A stretch of DNA of 64,000 bases from contig CM082584.2 in NCBI GenBank assembly GCA_040954595.2, positions 11,622,552 through 11,686,551 on the forward strand, given 5' to 3'. The notes beneath the pieces are model-generated. The model did not search any database, had not been told where the DNA came from, and saw nothing but the letters and a program-made list of their open reading frames with translations. The number at the start of each line of letters is the position of its first letter. Positions within the stretch are counted from its first letter, which is position 1. Shown here in pieces: positions 54,101-64,000 of this stretch. The stretch comes from Balanoglossus misakiensis (taxonomy: Eukaryota > Animalia > Hemichordata). A program made the translations under genes and the position numbers.

Positions 54101-57100
54101 AAGGAAACAAATAGTTGGATATATAGTCCACGGATAAATACACTGAATGAAACTTGACTCTAATACCATCTGATTGGAAATCTCCAAAGAAATACAGTTG
54201 GACAGCCATGAAAGAGCGTTTTCATGGCTTTGTTCAATTGAGATGTTGATTGGACTATAAAACCTGTCTCGCCGAAATGTAATTTCATACAATATTCGGT
54301 CGGTGTATTTCCATAAGTAAACCCCATCCCCTGTCAACAGGGCTTGCCACATATTATGCTATTATGACGCCCGGTCTGTATCGGCAGAAAAGTTGGACTG
54401 TTTGGCATAATCTCATTTGACAATCTATCACATCCAATCACTTGTGCACAAATCCAATCTACTGTCAGCTTAAACAGACAACCTTATACAACAATCTCCT
54501 CCAGATCTCCCTCCCCCCCACCCCTTTCTCTGTTAAGTCACACCACCTACACTTACTGTATTATCAACACAAAAGAAAATCTCTGTTTAATGGGTAACAG
54601 AGTAAAATCGCACAGAGGGCTTTTTTCCATAGAAGCAGCAGAGTCGGGTATTTTTTTCTTCTAGCAAAGGTTTCTTTTCATGCACTAGGGGTATATTGGC
54701 TTTTAGAGTATTGGTATTGTCGCTGCACTTTAATAAGATATGACATAATTGACAGGTACAGCCAGTGCTGTGGCATTTCTTGTTAAACCGCTCTGCACAA
54801 TTCTTTTTTCTTCTCCCCCCACCCCACAAACACCCAAAACGAATAACTTTTAACAAAAGCACAACAAATCTAAACTGTTTTCCACAACGGAAAATCAAAG
54901 TTCAAGGCTAAAGGGGATCCCTGTGGATAGACATTGCGATGCAGAAATTCATGAAGAAATCCCGTTCTACGTTCCTTCACCCCATCAACCAGACTAGCTC
55001 TGAGCCATTTCTACAAAGACTGATTACTCACTCGACAGAGAAAAAAACTTAATAAGTTTTGTCAGATACAGTTGAAAGTGACAAAATACAAGCTTTTAGT
55101 TGTAATAAAGTGGGCCATGCAATATCAATGCCGGTCGCTGGTAAAAAAAAATGTAGTGTGAATATATTCCTGGGGGGAATAAATCACGGTAGTGTGCAGA
55201 TTACCATGAATAATTCCTTTCTAGTTATGTGTATGCATGAGATAAGTCCATAAACATTACAGCTTACTATTCTCACAAGTGCTGTGGCTCAGCTAAAAAT
55301 TTTATGGAAATCGCGGGAAAATTTCAAAGCCTCATAACATGGAGCTGACAGGAACAAACAGTTATCCGATGGATTGCTCTCCAAATGGGCGTCACTTGCC
55401 GTTTACTCTGCATGTCACTGAATTTTTATTGCTCGGCTAATTTCATGTCGGGGGAAATAAAAATGGCCACCACGTAATACCCACTCCTGTTTCTGATTTT
55501 CATATTATATAAAAAAAGAAACAACTACATTATGGCGGATGAATGGCACTGAATCCATAAATTCCAAAATCAAATTTTTATTCTCGATGCCGTTTAATAT
55601 TTACATCAAATATTGTAACTTTACGGCTGGTTTTATACGTCACTCTGCGTTAATCCCATCATCAGCAACTACTTTGGAAATTGCCAACCTCCCCACGCGC
55701 ACATATCACAATAAATTTCAAACAATTTTCTCATAAACATTGGTATTACAGCCGTGAAAATAATTTGTTTTGGTGCTTGGAAGGAATGGTCTGACAAGAA
55801 TCACTGAAAACTGGTCAAAAATACAAAGTTGTTCAAATTTTGGCTGTTTTATTTTGTTACAAGACTAGAAACTTGTGGACTTTTATCTGATTGTGGCATG
55901 ATGCCTACATTAAATCACATCAAAACAAAGGAGCTTCTACAAATGACACTTCTTCACTTGAAGTCACTCCAAACTAATTTCCATCACTATATTCCATTCA
56001 TTCCCGCATTACAGCCGCAGGAATATATCGCCAAGAGTTTGGCTCCGGAGTGGTAAAGTCTAAAGACTGAAGATTGCAACGCTTCGTTTTCTTAGTTTTA
56101 TGTCTGTGTGGCAAACTCACTAAATTATAAAACACCAATTCAGGATGATAGCAAAGCAAAGAAAGAAATGAGAACTTTCACGGTATGTAACTATCAATGG
56201 GTTTCACAAAGTGGAGACACTGAAATCAAATCAAAATTTTCTTTTAGTTTCAAAGTCTTGCCTCTTGGTTTCATATCTTTCGATTTTTCTTTCAGTTCTT
56301 TAATCTTTAATCTTAATATCTATCATTTAGTTCAAAAATTCATAGAAAGGAAAAGGGGTGCATTAAAAATAGCCACGCGACAACGATCACATATCATTAT
56401 CAATAATGACTAATATTGATACAGATGGACTGATATTTCTGCAGAATTCATCAGGTTTCAAGGCAAATGGAGTCTGAGATGACAATCCAAACAGGAGGAA
56501 CAAAGAGTCTGGCCGACAAGAGCCAGAAAATATAAATGCAATTTCAGCAAGTGGAGCCACGGCTTTTTAGAGATACACAGCCACTGTCGCGGATTCTGCT
56601 GACACAGACGCAGAATCTAATAAAGGCCCTCCACAATTGATGTCACCGTGGCAGCCCGCCTAGAAAATGATACGATTTTGGTGGAAAAATGAAACCGTAA
56701 TTGACATTTGCAAAAAAGTCTTTGACGTGATGTAATGTCATTTTACCGGAGCACACGCCGACCGACTGTGATAGCTGCGCGCACAGATTGCTGCCTGTGA
56801 GTGTTTGAATTGTACGTCTGGCAATAAAAACGACCAGAATCGCTCTCAAAATACAGAGGCGGTATCAAATGTCACCAAAATATGACATAAAGGTTGCCCA
56901 ATAACGCTTGCCACTTTCAACCGCTGGCTTCTCTGTTTGTTTTCTGAAGAAGAGGGAAAAAATCACGAGAGCTGGGTTGTTGTAAAATATGGCCCTATGT
57001 TCTCCGTGGTTACCCTTGAAGTCACCGACAGTATGATGTATTAGTCAGTACAGATGGCTGACTACCTGAAACCTTGCATACCCGTTTATTGTCATTATAA

Positions 57101-57655
57101 AATATCGCATCAATTTTAAACCTAATCAACTTTTATTTGAAATTTGAGACAGAAACGAATTGGCAATTTTCACTCGTTCATTGTTAGACTCACTTTCTAA
57201 TGTCCCGTTTCTCTCTCTGTCTCTCTCTCTCTGTATGTGTGTATCTGTGTGTGTGGCAAGGACAATTTCAACATTTTCTCACTGTCCCTGCACAAAATTT
57301 ACACTTGTTTTCAGTGCTTTAGCATGAACTAACCCCCCCCCCCATGCCCCCAAAGGTACAACATTCAGGCAGACAGTCAAATAGACTGAGACAATGTCTT
57401 ATCACAGAACATGATCAAGCAAGGCTTAACAACCCCAACCCGTCTGGTGATTGACTGACCCAACTCTCTCATTTTCACCGCTGGATCAAATCAACACCGC
57501 TTAAGCCCCTGATAGTAACCGCGTCTTGTGATCTTCTGGTGGATGAGTGTGTGTATTATCACTTTCTTAGTTCTCCCCTCTTTCTTTCTTTGTCCATCAT
57601 TATGAACTTAATTTCCAAATCTGTGTAGCAAAGATATCAATCAGTATAGCCCGAA

Positions 57656-57997
57656 GCTGAGTAAATATCGGCAAGCAGGGAGTTGGGAAAGCTGAGTCAT
57701 ATGCGCCAAGCGCCAAGTAATAAAAAAAAGTTTGTAGAGTTGTTGAAGTGTAAATGATCAGATGAGTCAGCATATATTAAGGAAGTTTGGCGGCCGATGA
57801 ATGTTGGTGAGGTGACTATAGCTGCGTAATCCGCCCCGTCTTTCGTCTCTTCCCCCGAAAGCTTACGGCATCGTTCACAATTCTCACGGTGAGTAATTGT
57901 TTTGCACTGGTGACTAGGTTGAAGGTTTGTTCGTCATAACGTTTGATGGTTGGTGACGGGTGGGAAAAAATGAGTGATGAGTTTTGCTGAGTCAGCA
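57656..57997. promoter_or_regulatory. Cluster of AP-1/Maf/CNC (MARE/ARE) sites
   Basis: GCTGAGTAA 57656, GCTGAGTCAT 57691, ATGAGTCAGCA 57762, TGAGTAA 57890, and the full T-MARE TGCTGAGTCAGCA 57985-57997. Confidence 0.55.
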
Positions 57998-60095
57998 GAA
58001 ATCATCTTAGTCGACTGTGAGTGTCGCGGGTGAATCACATCTCGTTCATTGTCATTGTTGTTGTTCAGTTCTGCAGTGAGAGGCTACAGAGGGCGGTCAA
58101 AGCTCCGCGCTTTAACGACGCAGACTAATATTATATTGATTTTCAAAGTTGCATCTAATTATGACATATCCACTTGGCATAATTTTGCAATTTGTGCGTG
58201 ATACACACGCGAGGGCCGTAAAATAGCTGAGTCCTTGTTCTGTGACACGTACGGCCTTCAATACATCTACACTTGACCTTGCTTCCTGTAATTATCACAC
58301 AGCCTTTCCTATCCCTGAATAATGTCCTCCCTGAAAACCGTTGCAGGGAGCTCATAGGTTAAGGGGCAAAACAGCTGCTTCAGAAATTGTAAACACAATA
58401 AATTATTTGCCTCCAAGAATGTTTCAACCAACTTTCATTTATAACATTTCGGACAAACTCTCCATTTTTAATGAAAATTTCATTTTTCAGATTCTCAGAA
58501 ATAAGACCAGGACGTGTGATATTAACTTTCAAATTGTATTTGCATGTGAAAATAACGCTGAATACTGATATATATCATTGTCAGAGTCGAACAATGGGAT
58601 AACTAATTCTCTTTGTGTTATTGGAGAAAGAGGATGAAATGGTATTAACAATTACACCGGCAATTTAATTGTGTTAGAGCAGTAATTTAACTGTCTGACA
58701 CTGCAATACTTTACTGTCCCGTTGTCAGAGTATAATTTCTTCTAATACGTTGTGATGCTGTCAAACGCAAAAACTCATTGTTTTGGACAGTCAAAATAGG
58801 ACAATCAAAATCTGACTTTTGAAGAGACCGAGTTCAGAGGAAACACTGTGAGCATTAGATTTTTCGAAGTTCACTATGTTCGCAAAAATAAAACTTAGAA
58901 TTTCATCTAATTTGACGTGTGCCAGGTTTTTTATTTTGAAGGCGACTTCGTCTGTAATCTAACCAGAGCTGCGAGACGGCATTAAACTGACAGTGAAAAT
59001 CGAGTCGTACATCGATTAATCACACTCCTTTGTGCGCCGCTTATAAGCTGGAAAATTAAACCAAATGTTGGAGTTCACAGCATTTGATGTCTAATGCACT
59101 GCCCGGGCAAAAAATATGAGAATCCCGCTGACGACAGCCAGTAACAGACACAACACAAGCATTCTCGTTTTCGTTTTTTTTTTTTACAACACAATGATGT
59201 ATTTAGGCAAGCTGCTTACGGGCACTGTGTCGTAATTTATTGGCCAATAATAATGGGTAGATGAAGACGCTTGGCGCCAGTGTGGATATGCAACCTTAAT
59301 AGGGGAAACAAATCAAAAGAAGGGATTCTGAAATAGATCCAGGATGTGAAGCAGTTAAAATATAATCTACACAGCTAATACCGCCGACCTATCATTGTTT
59401 GTGTTTATTGTTGGACGGAGCTGAGAAATCAATGATAAATTTAGAGCTCAGTGTGAGAGCAATAGGGAACAATCGACACAAGTCATACCCACTCTCTTAT
59501 TGTCTCTCAATTGATTTTGACCACGCTGACAACGAAAGCGCCTAAATGGAAGATTAGTTGAGGAAACAAAAGCCAGATTGTGTGTGTAATTGAATCCAAA
59601 ACAATGAAAAAACAGACGTTGTGTAAATATTAACGCAATCAACTTTGCCGATGCAATAATTAGACCGGTGAATGCATGAAGCTCCCCGACTGACACGTGC
59701 CGTTTGTATCTGCCTTTTAATCATTCATTCTGTCTTTCCTTGTAATTTTGACATTTACATGTAAGGCATAGTCATAGCCATCCATCATTTGTGACTATTT
59801 AATTATTGTTGTTACACTTTTATTACTATTTTGACAAGAAAGGCGCATTTTATCATGTGATTTCTCAGATTTTTTATGCACTAAAAGTATGATATAACGC
59901 AAAACAAACTAATACAAGACCAGGCACAGTTCAACATAATTATGATGCAAATAAATCAAAAAGTAATGAACATTTTGTTTGATCAATCAAAAGAAAATTG
60001 CAGTAAATGTTAGATTGATCAAAATAAATCTCAGCCAAAAATATTTTTCGCACCTCTTCCATTTTACTTTTAGAACGAAAAGCCTGCCTCATAAT

Positions 60096-60743
60096 ATAAG
60101 GTTATTCACAAAATACCGGGATTTATGTCCGAGTACATCGTGCAGCGCAGGTATTGTCCGAGACGCGCAGCGTCGAGGACAATACCGAAGCGTACGATGT
60201 ACGAGGACATAAATCCCGGTATTTTGTGAATAACCTTATTATTATACACCTTTTCCGGACGTCCTTGATGAACGATAAAGAATAAATAGGCCGCTATCGG
60301 ACTTTCTAGTTTTCAGACGCCGCCATGACGTAATTTGCATATCGAACGCGCCTTCACCTCGCGCATCAGGTGATGCTAGTGTCGAGCTGCCCATGTCTCG
60401 CGCGCGAAGTTCTACGCTGCAGGGATGAACGCGCTCGCCTGTTCGTTCACACATTCCTTCGACTGAAATTTCATCGAAGATTTTGACTTATTTCGCATCT
60501 TGGGCCACCAATAATTTTGTTTAATAACGACTGTGTACTTTTTATATAATTTTTTGTGAGAGTAGGGTGCAATATCATCATTGTTTACATCAGACAGCTG
60601 TGAGGTCAAAGGTCAAATATGCGTCCAATAACCCTGTGGGTTATGGGACTCCGCGTCCTCATTTGAATAATTATTGGACGGTGATACCGCGAATTATTGT
60701 ATTACGGAACTCCATAGGTTACAGCAGTAGGTGTATAATAATA
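60096..60743 (+). mobile_element. Non-autonomous element with a terminal fold-back hairpin and an internal region complementary to both ends (tyrosine-recombinase-type, Crypton/DIRS-like architecture)
   Basis: Perfect 35-bp inverted repeat 60096-60130/60205-60239. Perfect 15-bp inverted repeat 60237-60251/60729-60743. ATA direct repeat at both termini. CpG-rich interior with no meaningful ORF. The family assignment is inferred. Confidence 0.7.
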
Positions 60744-63700
60744 CGGATTATTGATAAACTGTTATGGCCAATTTCATTCATACGTGGTATTTGTCTGAAA
60801 AAATGACTAGAGAGTGGATGACTGAATAACGTAGAGTGCTGTTCATCAGAGAGTCTGGCCTGCAATAGTTACTGCATCGGCGGTATATTGTACTCTCATC
60901 GCATATCATTACGATGAGATGAGACGAAGCCTCCGCCAATGAAATTACTGCGGTTGGAATGAAGCACCGATCAGAAGGCACCGTCCTACTTAGTGAGTGC
61001 ATCGTTCGCGGTCGCTTGAGCAGAAATGATTACTTTGCGCGCTGGTGGTGGTAGGGGGGGGGGGATGATCTGAATATCTCGATATTGTAATGCAATTGTT
61101 TGGAGATTCTATTAGACCTGGCTGGTCTCACAGACAGCGACGAACCCCCTTCTTTTGTGGCAATCAAATCAGGCAGAAACTGACAGGTACAACAAAGGCC
61201 GGATATTGTCTCCAAACAGTGACAATAACAACACGACACAGTTACAACTTAATGAGCTTTTGACATATCCCAGTCACCTCTTTCCTGAAATTACCTACGT
61301 TTTCTTTATCCTCTCCGTTTAAGTCACAAAATTAACACCTTTGTCTGAAATATATGAGAAATCAGTGTAGCCAGCAGAAGACCCCATCCAACAATATTGA
61401 CACAGAAAAAACAGTTTCTGTCTCAGTAAAAACATTAAGATTAAAAATAACAACTTTTTCTTTGGTCTATTTCAGTGATGTCTGACAATATCAATGAAAC
61501 CGTGGCAACTGGGAGCGTACCACTATTTGACTTTACATAAATTAGCAAAAAAACTATGTCATCAAACATTATTAAAAGTTTTCAAAAACACCGAGCAAAG
61601 GTGACATTTTACGTGTGAGAAGATTACAACACTGGAAAGGGAGAGCTCGGAACCGTGCGGCGAAGATATCACAACAGTGAAACCATGGAGGTTTGTTTTT
61701 TCATTTGGAAATACGAATGTGGGGGAAATGTCGACAGGAAAAGATGCGGAAGCGACAAGGCACAGTCGTCATAGCGAGAGAGATCAGAAGACCGAGGATC
61801 ATGGAATGATTCCACGCGTGAAGCTGTGAACTGAAGAAAGCAAAAACCACCGGCGGACGTCCCAGCTGAGAAGTGTTGAATGGGAGCCATTGTTGTACAA
61901 AGTGTAACTGTTACAAAGAACAAAAGAACTGTCTGGGACATCCATGCGGCAACGCAGCTATAAATGGCCGGCAGCCCCGAAACTCACGTGTCTGTGAGAT
62001 TTATCCACTACTTTCTGTGAGGAGTCTATAAAGAAACAGAATTGTGTTTTTTTATGCCTTCTATTTTTGGAACCTGCGTCATGTTCTGCAGATTGCATTA
62101 AATTTCCCTGCAGTGGTAGAATTTTACAGAAAAGATATCACTATATGATGGAAGTCCCTGCTGAGGAAACGCACTGAAGTATAAACTGGTCTTGGTGTGT
62201 GCCAGGTAAACATGAGGAAAAAGACATGAATCTGTGGGAATAACACACACCGAAAGTTTAACGGGAAAAATTCTGAAATTGTTACCATTCTTAGGAGTCA
62301 AGATGCTGGATAAAACTGAAAACATCCCTGATGACCAAGCAGGCCATTGGTGGAAAATCTACTGGGGGACAAATACTTGTTGGACCAGGCAGGAATGTGA
62401 TCAACTCAGTGACACCTGCTCAATTGGCACGTTTCGGTGAGCAGGAGAATACAAACAGCTCATCATAGGAATCAAAATAACCCAAATAATGTGAAAAGTT
62501 AGCAACTGTGTCCCTTTAAGGCAGAGAACCGGTTGAAGGAAGTGGTTGACATGACAAGACAGACTGCAATCAAGATGGAGAGCAGTCGCGAAGGACTACT
62601 GAACGGAAAGAAAGGAGTCTGCTAGCTACACTGAAACCCACCATCTGGGAAAACATTCTGCAATGAAAATTGAAAGTCATAAAAAAAATTACATCAGAGA
62701 AAAAAAATTACTCTGAGACACTGAAAGAAAGAACCTGATAGACAGTCATAAAACGACCACAGAAAACAATCAGAACAGACAGAAGATTGAAGGTACCCAA
62801 ATATCACTGAGGGGAATTGTCTTTGAAATAATTATTACTGGTGAATATTAGACTGCCATCCCCTGTTGTTTCTAGTTGCCATTCCCGGAATTGAGCTCAG
62901 GCAGAAGTCATGTTGCAGATTACCAGCACTGACCTGTAGTCTGTTTTTCACTGTAATTTATCTACTTTTTTATGAGTAGTGATAAAATGACAAGTCAGCA
63001 GATTTTTCTTTTCGCACAACTGTACTGTCATGTATTCCGGTTTAGCCTACGGTTGAGTGAAACTTCCAATGTAACATTGTGAATGTTTCCAACTTCATAA
63101 TTGCGCTGGGAATCTGATCTAGATGTTTTCTCTGATCATTTGCAGGGCAGGCAGGAAATCATACCTCATGTTGTATAAAAGTGAACAAAAAAATGAATAG
63201 ATAATTTGCGATTTTTATGACACAGCGTGAGAGGCAGGTGAAATTTGAGACACAAGTAGAACACAATTGTAAACAGTTCAATGCCAAGTGCACACACAAC
63301 AGAGTGGCTTGGAGTTGGATCAGCTGTCTGGATATGCGACTGTTAAAATACTGCATTGACTGGACAATTATGTTAGAAAGTGCTTGTTGCTGTGAGTGGA
63401 TGAGAATTGGTTGTTGTTGGAACACCTTGTCTGCCGAGTGGTAATCTTAACCGTACACTTGACTAGAATGCCGTTTGCATGCAGGGAGCAGTCATAGGGG
63501 AGTTTTTCTTTTCTTTTCACGGTTGATACTTGCATCTGTGTGTTTACTTAAAACAACTGACAACTGCACCATCATTGCAGTTTTGTTTCCAAATGCTCAA
63601 GTTTCTTGGCGTGCTTCCTCAAACAATTTAAAATACCCATGATTTGTCATGACGCAGACTTAAAGCATATATGTGAGGTGCATCGTTTGACAACTGAATT

Positions 63701-64000
63701 CAATGCCCAGGCAGTTGTCAACAATAACCACACAAATCCCACGCACACACGCTGTATTTGACAAACATGGCATTTCATGCAGCAAAAAAAAAAAAACAGT
63801 TTATAGAAAACAAACTGCTGTCAGATCGCGGAAAGAAACATGTCAGAAGTTACACGGCCTTTGACGACAAAATTGATGTGCAGAAGTGACCTGCTGACAA
63901 GTAACTGTTCAATCAGAGAAAATTGTGAATTGAGACGGAATTCATCCAGAGCCTGTGTGTCTCTCACAATCAGGCCGTCACTAGTATTATTATCATTTGG

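Noticed and set aside
21880-62519. Exact 11-bp inverted pair TTAAAGGGACA (21880) / TGTCCCTTTAA (62509) as ends of a 40-kb transposon
   Set aside because: The match does not extend inward and there is no transposase; more likely independent element ends or chance.
62295-62625. Exon-like open segments downstream of TATA-like motifs (61967, 62027)
   Set aside because: Short, with no homology I can recognise and only moderate splice signals; cannot support a gene.

Overview
AT-rich, intron-containing eukaryotic (animal) genomic DNA; the protein and sequence style suggest a marine invertebrate, possibly a non-vertebrate deuterostome, but the taxon cannot be fixed from the sequence. The only protein-coding gene I can support is an ELAV/Hu-family RNA-binding protein on the + strand. 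Four coding exons lie in the window (7676-7779, 8423-8576, 10908-11133, 11846-12167); the exon for the start of RRM1 lies upstream. A probable ~4.2 kb AU-rich 3'UTR with several poly(A) signals follows. The remaining ~47 kb has no recognisable coding sequence. Highlights: (1) a 648-bp non-coding element at 60096-60743 whose internal segment is the exact complement of its two ends joined together, inside a hairpin built from G.A mismatches and a GCA triloop that should fold well on one strand only; (2) strong enrichment of RFX X-box palindromes across the locus; (3) U-rich Hu-type tracts with in-frame cryptic acceptors ahead of the last two ELAV exons; (4) a compact Maf/CNC (MARE/ARE) site cluster at 57.7-58.0 kb.
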